From Aureliella sp. (GTDB taxonomy: Bacteria > Planctomycetota > Planctomycetia > Pirellulales > Pirellulaceae), in NCBI GenBank assembly GCA_963691875.1, contig OY829846.1, forward strand, positions 160,001 to 224,000: a stretch of 64,000 nucleotides of DNA, given 5' to 3'. A program made the translations under genes and the position numbers. Below the pieces are notes generated by a model. It worked only from the letters and a program-made list of their open reading frames with translations, ran no database searches and was not told the origin of the DNA. Below are positions 38,213 through 48,820 of this stretch, one piece after another (position 1 is the first letter of the stretch; every line of letters begins with the position of its first letter).

Positions 38213-38938
38213 TCAGCCACGGCTTGGGGATGGGGTAGTTTTCTTAGTTGTCGGCTTGTCCGCGAGTTGCTCTCGCTCGGCAGCTTCATTACGCAGGTAC
38301 TCGACCAATTGGCCTGAGTGCGAATGGAGCGATTGACTTGCCCGCTGCGCATCTCCGGCGTCCAAGGCGTCGACAATAGACTCATGCTCACGAGCGATAG
38401 CGACGAAATCAGCAGTCTTGAGAGACTCTAAGGCGAAACGGGTGCGAACCTCGAAGGCCAGAGAATCCCAGACACGCAGCAGCACACCGTTCTCCGACGC
38501 TTGTACGATCGCGCGATGAAACGCCTGATTCTCACGCTGATAGGCGTCGAAATCGCGGCGCCGGGCTGCCGCCACAATCGCTTTGCAGACCTTTCGAAGC
38601 TCGCCACAATTTCCGCGGAGCACGTTGGCGGCCGTCATCGCCGCAAGCGACTCCAGAGCAGCGCGGACCTGGAACGCCTCGATGGTCTCGGTCAGCGACA
38701 CTTCCCGGACCCAGGCTCCTTTGTGGGTCGCGGAATCGAGGACTCCCATGGCGACGAGTTCGCGGATCGCTTCGCGCACCGGAATAGCGCTGACCGCAAA
38801 TTCCTTTGTCAACCTGCTTTCTACGATGCGTTCCCCGGGCGCGAGTTCGCCGCACCCTATTCGCTGCAACAGGACCTCTCGGATTTGCTCAGGTACCGAA
38901 AGGCGGACCAGATTCATGAGACTGGGCTCCTCGATCAT
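38213..38938 (-). CDS. GntR-family regulator (FCD domain)
   Basis: LAPGERIVE...VSAIPVREAI HTH; N.AFHRAI and EH..I FCD motifs. Confidence 0.92.
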   Translation of the reverse strand: MIEEPSLMNLVRLSVPEQIREVLLQRIGCGELAPGERIVESRLTKEFAVSAIPVREAIRELVAMGVLDSATHKGAWVREVSLTETIEAFQVRAALESLAAMTAANVLRGNCGELRKVCKAIVAAARRRDFDAYQRENQAFHRAIVQASENGVLLRVWDSLAFEVRTRFALESLKTADFVAIAREHESIVDALDAGDAQRASQSLHSHSGQLVEYLRNEAAEREQLADKPTTKKTTPSPSRG

Positions 38939-39357
38939 GAAGGAATACCTGAAAAGCGAGACGAGCCATCGATCATGAATGATATATGATGTCTCGTCAA
39001 GTTATGCTCGTCAGGCGAGATCACATGAAGCTTCACACGACGAACCTGCCCGCGGGAGGTACTTGGGGATTAAACCAGGTGGCGGACCGCCCAAGAAACT
39101 TCGCCGACCGATGCACAGAGCCGAACGTGACAATTGAGCAAGTTGATCCTGCAAACAGATTACGCAAACACCGCCGCAACACGACTGCACACCAGCGGTT
39201 GCGATGTTTGCAGCGCGACAATACCAAGTTGAAAAGGTGCTAACCGTGTCCTGTCGCCCCGACTTGAAAAACCTTGTGATACCTTAGGTTCCACAGGATT
39301 TTTTCGTATCCTGGCGCTCCTGGCCAAAAGGTTACCACCCTTTTCAGGAGTGTCTCA

Positions 39358-39870
39358 GTGCCACGACAGCCTAAACCGTACTACATCGAGAGAGACAAGC
39401 AGTGGGGTTGCACCGTTGCCGGTAGGGGGATCTACCATGGCAAGTTGAAGGGCGAGTCGCTTGACAAGTTCCACCAGTTGATGGCTGATCGTGAAGCCAT
39501 CGGTGCCGAGATCAAAACCGTTTACGCCATGGCTCAGGAGTATCTCACTCGGGTTGAGAAGAACGAGGCTCCCGCTACTTATGACAAGGTGCTTCGCAGC
39601 CTGAAGAACTTCTGCACTAACACCGGCAAATCCCTCAAGCTGACCAGCCCGAAGGGGGCATCACCTGGCTAAGTGGATTGCAAAGAACCCAGGCCCGCAG
39701 AGCACGACAACACAGAACATTAACCTGCTATGTGTGACAACAAATGTTGAATTGGTGTGTGGAGGAGGGCTACATCTCTAAGAATTGCCTACACGGATGG
39801 AAGAAGCCACCGGAGGAGGTTTGAGAGGAGTACTATGACGATGAGTAGTGCAGTAAGATCCTCGACGATG
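39358..39870 (+). pseudogene. Integrase remnant 2 (5' half, frameshifted)
   Basis: Aligns by eye with 24721 onward, including the upstream terminator and TACCACCCTTTTC (39333..39345). Confidence 0.88.
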
Positions 39871-39992
39871 CCACAGCGGAGATTGTGTCCACGTGTAAAC
39901 CTTGCCACATCCGCGCGATCCAGCAATCATAAACAGTGAAAATCAAAGCGTGATAAAAGCGGGCTGTTACCTACATTGGATTACAAAGTGAG

Positions 39993-40220
39993 TCAGCATT
40001 TGACGTGCGGATGATACGCTTGCCAATGCCTCATAGCTGGTTTGATGGTTCGCATCTCAACCCAATGCCCATGAGTTTTTCGCTTACTGGAAAGCAGTGT
40101 GTCCGGCTCTATTTCGCCTGACTCAATACGACCTAAGATGTTTTGCTCAGAAATGGGGCCGATACATTTCGGGCGGCGCAAAAATCTTCGTTTCTGGACA
40201 AAAAACCAGTCTGCTGACAT
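39993..40220 (-). CDS. GYF_2 (DUF4339)-like small protein
   Basis: WF...GPIS...I..GEI.PDTL...W pattern. Confidence 0.65.
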   Translation of the reverse strand: MSADWFFVQKRRFLRRPKCIGPISEQNILGRIESGEIEPDTLLSSKRKTHGHWVEMRTIKPAMRHWQAYHPHVKC

Positions 40221-40869
40221 TCGATACTTCTCTACGTGAGGTGGGACTGAAAAGTACAATCGTGCATCGGTGGTACCAACTTCCATGGGCATTGGGGGGG
40301 CTTTGTTGACTTCAATCGACGATCGCCCGATGGACTGAATTTGATCCGGAGGGTTCTGTTGAGATGACCGCTTCCAATGTCTGTATTCAACAGAAAAACT
40401 TTGCTAAATCGTAAATCACTGCCGCCTGTCTAGCTCCTGATTGAAGATAGACAGTTATGGAAGACAGCACAGCAAGCACATCGCCTCACAGAAGCCTAGA
40501 GCTCGTATGCCCAGCTCCAGAGCGGAACAGACGTAGTCATAGGCGACAGCGGCAGTAGAGGCAGTTGTGGTGACTTAGGTTCTTCTGGGGCAGAAAGCCG
40601 CAGTTGTGGCCAAACGGAAGAGCACCGCCGCCTCGGAATCTGAGTCCACCCTTATCGTCTGGGAATGCCGTCTCCACTGTGCCGCTGCACCCCTTGGCGT
40701 ACTTGCAGCCCCCATTGCCTACCAGAAGACGGCCTCCAGTCAGGCTCTCGATCCCAAGCGAGCAATCGATCTCGTGTCGTCCCTCCGTGTTTCAGTAGGA
40801 GTCGGTGACAAGCACGATTGGGGGATCGCTTGATCAACCGAACCACCAACGCTTTCGGGCGAACGCCGG

Positions 40870-41330
40870 TGTTTAGATTCCTAGATGTTGGTGCCCAGTT
40901 TGATAATATGTTTCTTCAAGAACTTGAATTTGCCGTCGTACTCGTAAACTAAGTTCTACTCGACGGCATCAGGCAGACCGCCGACCACAAAGAAATGAAC
41001 GTCTAGGTAGCCGCTTCTACCTGAGCCAGAAAAAACGTTTCGCGTCGAGCATGCTCCTAAGCAGATTCGGCGTCATAGATTCGAACCCACGGAGCAGCAA
41101 CGCGTCCAGGATCGTTGAACTTGCCCAAATTCACAGCGACTTAGATCTAGTTGCCGCAGAACCGAAGATCGCCGTGGTGATTGGCTACCGGAAGCTTCTT
41201 TAGTAGCGTACCTTCCATCTCGATCCGCACGAGAGTTTTCGTGAAGGACCAGAAGATCTGCTTCTCGTCAGTGCAAACGCCTTAAAGATGATGACTGTAC
41301 ATTCCTTCGAACAAGACCTCGAACAACTCA
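40870..41330 (-). pseudogene. Degraded hypothetical gene
   Basis: Minus-strand fragments IFWSFTKTLV, HHGDL, VAVNLGKFNDP, FFVVGGLP, VYEYD interrupted by stops. Confidence 0.45.
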
Positions 41331-41897
41331 ACGAGCGCCTTTGCCGACCTTAATCCACTCGACTTCCATCTTGAATGGTCCGGGCTTCTTGTCACCAAGT
41401 AGGAAGCCAAGGCCGCTCACTTTGCCGGGATCGAGTCTTTGATTTGGGAAAATGCGCCCTCGCCATGTTGCTGCGAACTGATTTATCGGGAACTCGACTT
41501 CGATCCATTCGTCTTTCTTTGTCTTAAACGACTGGCGGTACGAATAGCCGCCGAGGTTCCTTTGGGCGTAGACATTGAAATTGTACTCTCTGCCATCTCC
41601 CTTAACTCGGGCAACGATCACGTCATCTTTCTTCAGGGCGAGGTTGCCGCCTCTGGCTCTCACTGATGCAAAGCCACCGTTATTCTCCAGCGACAGATTA
41701 CCGAAGAACTCCATGTTCTTACCTTCGTTGATCTTGAACCTCCCATCGGATCGACCTCCCATCACACCGTCGTTCACCGTTTGCCACCGTTTGGCGGATT
41801 CCGCTTTGTCGAAGGTGAAGAGCACTCGATCCTCAGCGCTTACGTTCAGCGACACCACTGCGAGCATTAAGGCCGCCGCAAGTGTTTTGAATTTCAT
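41328..41897 (-). CDS. CIA30-family protein with signal peptide
   Basis: VNDGVMGGRS, LSLENNGGFASVR, VKGDGR.Y motifs. Confidence 0.92.
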   Translation of the reverse strand: MKFKTLAAALMLAVVSLNVSAEDRVLFTFDKAESAKRWQTVNDGVMGGRSDGRFKINEGKNMEFFGNLSLENNGGFASVRARGGNLALKKDDVIVARVKGDGREYNFNVYAQRNLGGYSYRQSFKTKKDEWIEVEFPINQFAATWRGRIFPNQRLDPGKVSGLGFLLGDKKPGPFKMEVEWIKVGKGAR

Positions 41898-42603
41898 AGT
41901 GTTCCTACCTTTGTTGACATGAGCCCCAGAATACAGCCTCCCAGATCAGCGATCTATCGCCCTCCATTGGTGCCAAATACTGTTCAACAATGTCAAGTAT
42001 CAGCTTCGGTCAGCCAGCTTGAGACGCAGCATACGTCTTGCTGGTCCGGCAGTCGGTTGTCCTTTAGACAGCGATTACGGAGAATCGCCAGAGAGATTTC
42101 GGCAATCAACGTCTTTTCTTTTCACACCTGCCAAATAACTTGCCAATCAAGCTGCCGTGTGCTTTTTCGATTCCGAGTCCCCCAACTTCCTTGGAGCCGA
42201 CCGCTGTCCAGTCCGCTAGTGACTTGGAAAATACGCTGCTCTTGTCTGCCCGGTGCCTCAAAACCGTTTGATCGAGTAGCTGATAAGACGCAGAGAAATC
42301 AGCTACATTTTCGCCACAGCAGAGCGGTCCTCGTGCCCAATCCACAAACGACATTCCTTGAATGTGATAGTTGATGTCGTTTTTGTCGAGGGCAGGATAC
42401 GCAAGATCGTCGGCGTCGAAATTTATCTTTGGTTCGCGATTACCTAAAACTACCAGTTTCCGTAATGCTTTGGTAAATCTGCTACCGTTTATGCTGCCGA
42501 AAAACCCCCGCAAATATTGAGAACAATTGCAACCGTCGGATACGGATCTAAACTGCACTTTTTCTGAGATAAATGCTGAACGAACAGTAGCTTCGGTTTT
42601 TCT

Positions 42604-42645
42604 TTGGGGTGGTAGAGGTCGTGGATTCAAATACCGCTAGCCTGA
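42604..42645 (+). repeat. Degenerate att copy (tRNA-Pro 3' half, 3 mismatches)
   Basis: TTGGGGTGGTAGAGGTCGTGGATTCAAATACCGCTAGCCTGA. Confidence 0.9.
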
Positions 42646-42738
42646 CATCAAAACCCTGTAATTCCCGAGGTTTCGCTGGGTTTTTTCGTGTCTCGGTGCT
42701 TCTGGGTGGTAGGAACCATTCTTTTCAGGAGTGGCTAG

Positions 42739-43139
42739 GTGCCACGACAGCCTAACCCGGACTAACGCTAGAGTGAGAAGCAATGCTTTCGCACGATTGA
42801 CGGGAGGCGTCTTTATCTTTGCAATAGGAAGACCAGGCTCATGAGAGGTTTTACCAGCTAACGGCTGATCGGAATTCTATCGTTGCTGCGGTGAACACCG
42901 CCGACGCAATATGCCAAGAATATCTGATTTGGCTTGAAAGCAACAAGGCGAAGGGCACCTATGAGGAGGGTGCGCAGCCTCAAAAATTCTGTGAGCACAT
43001 CGGCAAATCCCTCAAGCTGTCCAGCCTGCAGGGGCACCATATCACCAAGTAGTAGCAAATAATCCAGGGTGGAAATGCACTACTAAAAAGAACAGCAAGG
43101 TGCGTTACGTAACAGAGACGCTTAACTGGGGCGTGGAAG
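42739..43139 (+). pseudogene. Integrase remnant 3 (heavily decayed)
   Basis: GTGCCACGACAGCCTAA start and later segments align with the other two copies; many stops and indels. Confidence 0.8.
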
Positions 43140-43203
43140 CGATAGATGCCGCATTATTCCGCAACATCGACGACATTCCATCACCCACTCTGACACACAC
43201 ATA

Positions 43204-44700
43204 TTACGGTGAGGCGAAGTTGTTATTTTCTTTCAATACATCGTCAATCAGTTCGACAAGCTCTGCAGCCACGAATGGCTTGCTCAGGAAATGGAATGCT
43301 GCCTCTTGAGAATCGCCAAGACCGAGATGCTCAAGCGGGTGTCCGCTCATCAAGACGACCGGCGCCCGCGTTACCTTTTGAACAAATCGTTGTGAGAGTT
43401 CAATGCCTGACATGCCAGGCATATCGAAATCAGTCAGTAGAAGACCGATTTGGCCTGCCCTACTATCGCAAATGGAGAGAGCTTCCTCGCTATTTTGAGC
43501 GACTAGTACAGCATAACCGGCTTTGGTCAGTATTCTCTCCACAAGCTTGCGAATTCTGGGGTCATCATCTACTACCAGTACTGTTCTCCGATAGCCTGAT
43601 GAGGCGACCTCGGTCTTGGGGGCAATCGTTGCCTTAGAGGTCGCGTCCTGAGATTGTTTTTTTTCAGGCAAAAATATTTGAAACCGCGTCCCTTCCTCTA
43701 ACTGAGTTACCACACGAATCTGGCCGCTGTGCTGTTCTACTGTAGAAGCGACCATAGACATGCCCAGACCGTTACCGCCTCTCTTTGTCGTGAAGTACGG
43801 ATCGAAAACGCGTCCCTCTGTCTCAGCGTCCATTCCGTGTCCAGTGTCTGCTACTTCGAGCACCAATGTCCGACCGTTCTTTGTGCTGTCGTGTGATTGA
43901 GAGTCCGAATAAGAAAGACTAATCGTAATATCGCCTCCATCTGGCATGGCGTCCCGCGCATTCAGCACCAGATTAATAAGCACTAACTGTATCTGATCCA
44001 CAGCACCGAGCATCCAGCCGGGGCCGCAGCTGGAAACGACGAGATTAATATTGTCCGGGATCAGCTCAGACAGCATTCCCCGAGACCTGTTGAGGACTTC
44101 CTCCAAAGAAATCAACTGATGCTCAACCGGTTGTTTGCGGCAAAAATTTAACAGCTTCTGAGTGAGCCCGCGTCCCTGCTCGGCGCCGGCAACAAGATTC
44201 CTGAGAGCCTCATTCAGTTCCGGGTGGCCTTCCGCATATCGCAGCGAGATTTCAGCGTAATTAGAAATGATCAGCAGTACATTGTTAAAATCGTGTGCTA
44301 CACCACCTGCAAGACGACCAAGGGCTTCGGACTTCCTTGATTGAATCAATTGCGTGCTTGTATCTCGTAGCTCCTACTCTATTTGGAGGCGGTGGCGAAG
44401 TATTGAGTGAAAGAATTTAAAACTCATTACGACAAACACGCTGCCCCAGAAGAAAATCACAGATACAACAAGGTTCATCTCAAAGAGCAGGTCTTTTTCG
44501 GTGACTAAAAAATAAAGAAACAAGCAATAGCCACATAAAAACAGCAGCACTAAGCCTCCTAATACCCGGCACCCAATGATCGTGCCGGTGGACACTGTCG
44601 AAGAGCGTCTCAAAAGCATATACACACGACGAATTGCAATGAATGCATACACAAACATCAGAATGCCGCCGGTCACGAGCAAAATTTCGAAGTTCCACAT
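43204..44700 (-). pseudogene. Hybrid sensor histidine kinase (TM-HisKA-HATPase-REC) with one in-frame TAG
   Basis: LQIE*ELRDTSTQLIQSRKSEALGRLAGGVAHDFNN; stop at 44374..44376 in frame with 43204..44349. Confidence 0.8.
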
Positions 44701-44850
44701 CTCTTGTCTTCCTGGTACCGCATGGTCAAGAAACTCCGTCGAACTCACTCCTGAAACACGCAGTCTTGACTGCTGCCAGTTGTCTCATGTCGCCCGCTTG
44801 ATTTCACCCCGCATGCTACCCGAGCCCTGATGACTCATGTGGTCGGATTA

Positions 44851-44882
44851 TAGCTAAATCACAAACTAGCTAAATCACAAAC
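44851..44882. repeat. Tandem 16-bp repeat TAGCTAAATCACAAAC x2
   Basis: Two exact adjacent copies. Confidence 0.8.
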
Positions 44883-46625
44883 AGGTTTTCGGAAAGATGG
44901 CCGAGAGCACTCAGGGGCCCGCGCGGACCACCACTTCCGAGGCTTACGCTCCCTATCGTGTATCAACCTCATCGGCAGGTTTCGCCGAGGGCTTGCGAGA
45001 CGAATCGATTTCAGTGGATTGATCCTTCCAACAGCGGTGGTGATAACTCTGTACGGAGGGCTCGCCCGAGGAATGTTTGCCGAGCACGAGGTGATAGAGC
45101 TATGGAAATCAGCCTCGGGAGTTCCCGTTATCGTCTGGCGGGCGACGTGGTAATTCGGCCTTTATGGGATTTCTCTTCCACGCTGGTGGCGGCGGCCGGT
45201 TGATACACTGTTGAGAATGTGGCGTAGGCAGTCGCTGACGCGTAGGGAGCACTGTGTTTCTGTTTCCCGGTGGTGTTCGCTGCGTTTACCGCTCCGATCG
45301 ATGCGACGGTTTTAGACTTTATGGTCGTCACAGCTGGCTCAGCATTAGGAGCGATTGGAGCCTAGCTCGGAGCCTATCGGGGGTTGCGCACGTAGGCAGG
45401 GGAGTCCGAAACGGGAAATCGCCCCAAACCCAAGATACGTCAGTTGACTGAACATAGTCAGGTACTTCGAAAGCGAACGCATTCCGGGACTTCAGAGCGT
45501 TCTTCAGGTTTTTCTGGCGAGAAGATCGAAAACGCCGGCCGGCAGTTCTTCTGTTGTGCTTGCAAGAATATTTGCTCGGTTTCAGGGCAACCAGGCGCAG
45601 CAGTTTTTCGGGTAGATCGAAGCGGTGTTTTTCCTGCCACCCCGCTTCCTTAAGTGGAACGAATGAACAGTTGATGCGGGCCATTTCCGGTCTGCTCAGT
45701 TGTGACAGGAAATTGCGTCTGTGCAAAGTGACAATAGCGATAGCCGGATTTGACTGGGCCGACGACATATTCTTGTGAGTCAGTGTTTATGCCGTAGATT
45801 GAGACTCTTGATCGAACCAAGAGAAACTTGCAATCGTGAGTGGAGCGAATGGAGCTGACTTCATTGGTTATCGGAGCTCCTTTCCTTCGTGATGACGTTT
45901 GGTCACGATCCAAAGCTGAACGGATTGCAGCTTCACGCGTTGTCAGCATTCTTCCTGCCTTCCGATGGCGGGTCGAATGGTGGTGTCTTCGTGCAACGCA
46001 TTAGACATTGGACTGCCGATTCGTTTACTAGTGCGAGTGGACCACAGTCGCAGTGTTGTCCAGTCGGCTGTTTAGGCGGAATCGTTGCTGACAAAGCCAA
46101 TCTCGCCATCACCCGCAGTTGGAATCGCTGTTAATACTGCAGAGAGGTTCTCCAGCTCGTAGAGCTGTGCATTCGAACCATAGAAATCGGCGACCAACCT
46201 CGTGCCGTCCTCCGAGAACTCGACTTGTCGACCGTAGGAATTTCTCCGCGCTCCATCGATCGGATGCTAGAACACTGCGATGCGCGCAATCAGCGGTAGC
46301 GCGGTAGCAGCCGAAAACAGAAGTATAGAATAGGCCAGAGAGATTACGATTCGTCGAGTGTTTGCCAACATTGTGTTCCTCGCAATAAATGGTGGTCGTT
46401 CTTCATACCTCAGATAGCTTCGCACCTTGGTTTTCGCCGGTCGAAGGTCGCGAAGAGAGTTCCTCTGCTCTGCACATTCTGTATTTGCGATGCGAACACC
46501 AGGAAAAATGCTCAAAAGGCTAGCTTCGCGATCCAATAGAACGACGGAATGGATCATACTGCCTCACTGCTTCTTTGCGAGTGAAGAACTGTAAACAATG
46601 AAGCTATCAACCTGCCCAGACCCCC

Positions 46626-47345
46626 ATGACCAAATCAAGAAAGCAACTACCCATGTCTCTTTTTTCTCGACGCTGTTTTCTGCATAATTCTGCCTTTGCT
46701 GCCGCAGCGTTCACCACACCCGGATTGTTTGCAGATGAGCTGACTCGAACGGCAACACAGGCTGAGGGGCCGTTCTACCCAGACAAGTTACCATTGGATA
46801 CGGACAACGACTTGTTGATGATCAACGATTCGATCACGCCTGCGGTTGGCGAGGTAACGCACTTGACGGGAAAAATTTTGGATCTTTCGGGCTCGCCAAT
46901 TCGCAATGCGGTTGTTGAGATCTGGCAGGCGGACAATATGGGGTCGTACATCCACAGCAAAGGGAAAGGTGAGAAGGTCGACAAAAACTTTCAGGGCTTC
47001 GGTCGATTCCTGACCGACTCGAAGGGCCGATACTATTTCCGCTGCATTAAACCAACGGAGTACGTGGGGCGTGCGCCACATATCCACTTCGCGGTCGAGC
47101 AAGGTGGCAAAAGGCTGCTTACTACGCAGTTGTACGTACAGGGAGATCCGCGAAACGAGAGGGACTTTCTTTTCAACAAAGCGAAAACGAATGAGGCCAA
47201 ATCGACCCTGGTTACTGAATTCAAGCCGATCAAAACATCGAAGGCTGGTGAGCTTGCCGCCAACTGGGATGTTGTGATCGGTATGACCCCAGAAGATCCA
47301 AAAGATACGCGGAGCGGTCAGCGCGGTCCGCGAAAAGATTCTTAG
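46626..47345 (+). CDS. Intradiol ring-cleavage dioxygenase-like protein with Tat signal
   Basis: SRRCFL; EGPFYP, EIWQAD..G.Y, Y.GRAPHIHF. Confidence 0.9.
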   Translation: MTKSRKQLPMSLFSRRCFLHNSAFAAAAFTTPGLFADELTRTATQAEGPFYPDKLPLDTDNDLLMINDSITPAVGEVTHLTGKILDLSGSPIRNAVVEIWQADNMGSYIHSKGKGEKVDKNFQGFGRFLTDSKGRYYFRCIKPTEYVGRAPHIHFAVEQGGKRLLTTQLYVQGDPRNERDFLFNKAKTNEAKSTLVTEFKPIKTSKAGELAANWDVVIGMTPEDPKDTRSGQRGPRKDS

Positions 47346-47493
47346 CCGCTCAGCATGATGATCTGAACGCGAAATTTCGCGCTCGCTCGCAAGCAGAGCA
47401 ATTGCCTCAGTCCTTGATTTTTGATTGAAATTCCTTAGATTGGTGAGCTTGGAATGAATCCAAGCCTTTTTCTTATAGATTTGATTCTGCGCG

Positions 47494-47793
47494 GTGTCAG
47501 GGATGCGAATTCGCAACCCACAAGTGGGTGAAAAAGTCGTTTACGCCAAGGATAAACACAGTCCCTCGCCGGGGGAGCGCGCGCAGGATGTTACTGCGAA
47601 TGCTAAGGGGGATGGCTACACCTACATTGTCGAAAAGTATTGGATCGTCAAAGCAGTGCTCGACGATGGGCGGCTTGTGCTCAAGACGCGACGTGGCAAG
47701 GAGCATATCATCTCGCCCGATGACCCCAGTCTTCGCGTCGCCTCTATTTGGGAAAAGCTCTTTTTGGGCGGACGCTTTCCAAGCCTCGATTAA
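47494..47793 (+). CDS. Hypothetical protein
   Basis: K.SPSPG.RA...GD.Y.YIVEKYW...TRRGK pattern typical of planctomycetes. Confidence 0.65.
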   Translation: MSGMRIRNPQVGEKVVYAKDKHSPSPGERAQDVTANAKGDGYTYIVEKYWIVKAVLDDGRLVLKTRRGKEHIISPDDPSLRVASIWEKLFLGGRFPSLD

Positions 47794-47814
47794 CCTCAGT
47801 TTTGAGTCCTCTCC

Positions 47815-48687
47815 ATGTTATCGGCCCGACCATTTCTGTTGCTGATTCCTAGCCTCTGTCTTCTCTGCTCGGTGGTTTCGGCCCAGGAGAAGAGAAAAAT
47901 CGCAATCACCATTGACGATGGTCCAGCTGTGAAGACAGCTGAGCTTGAAGACTGGTTGCGCATTGCAAAGGGCCTAAGAGAATCGTTTGAGCAAGCCAAA
48001 GCACCGGTAATCATGTTCATCAACGAGCACCAACTCGACGTCTTCGGGCAGCATAAGGAGCGACATGCGTTTCTTGAGAGGTGGTTGGATGCTGGATTCG
48101 AACTTGGCAATCACACTTATTCTCACAAGAGACTTCGTGACACGCCTATCGAGGATTACTTCGATGACATCCTGCGTGGCGAAAAGTTCACGCGTCCGCT
48201 ACTTGAAGAGCGAGGCGAGGAACTCTCGTGGTATCGATATCCGTATTTGTCGAGCGGACGTGGGGAACAGGCGACGCGAGTGGAGAAGTTTCTCGCGGAT
48301 AAGAAGTACCGAATTGCACCGGTGACGGTCGACTACCACGATTATAGTTTTTCAAACAACTACAGTCGCTTTCTTCGAGCCGGCAAGCAGGAAGAGGCGG
48401 ACCGCGTCTACGAGGAAATGTCGCGAGCTTTGGACATTGCCTTTGATCGAGCAGAGGAAAATTCGCAGCACTTCTTTGGTCGGCAGATCAAGCACGTGCT
48501 GCTGATCCACTGCAATGAACTGAATGCCAAGACTTTGCCAAAAACGTTAAAACGTATTCGAGATCGTGGCTATGAGTTTATTACTCTCGAAGAAGCCATG
48601 AAAGATGCCGCCTATACGACTCCCGGTCTTCCGCCCGGTTCACTTGGTGGGAGCTTCTTTGGTGGCATGGCAAGGATAGCAAAGTAG
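47815..48687 (+). CDS. Polysaccharide deacetylase (CE4)
   Basis: TIDDGP, GNHTYSH, RYPYL, LLIH motifs; signal peptide. Confidence 0.9.
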   Translation: MLSARPFLLLIPSLCLLCSVVSAQEKRKIAITIDDGPAVKTAELEDWLRIAKGLRESFEQAKAPVIMFINEHQLDVFGQHKERHAFLERWLDAGFELGNHTYSHKRLRDTPIEDYFDDILRGEKFTRPLLEERGEELSWYRYPYLSSGRGEQATRVEKFLADKKYRIAPVTVDYHDYSFSNNYSRFLRAGKQEEADRVYEEMSRALDIAFDRAEENSQHFFGRQIKHVLLIHCNELNAKTLPKTLKRIRDRGYEFITLEEAMKDAAYTTPGLPPGSLGGSFFGGMARIAK

Positions 48688-48820
48688 GGCTGAATTTTTG
48701 ACACGAAATTGGTGTTAGAAAACAGTTCGAGCTCGTGTCTGGCTGAATAGGACATCAATTAACGTAGGCTAGCGATATCGACTGACTACAATGCCGATCC
48801 ATAGATCGCTCGTTTTTGGC

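Noticed and set aside
44891..44950. GGAAAGATGGCCGAG resembling the 5' end of tRNA-Ser
   Set aside because: No anticodon arm, T-loop or matching acceptor strand follows
45380..45500. Possible riboswitch-like hairpins with GAAA loops
   Set aside because: Could not match a known consensus, and there is no clear downstream gene
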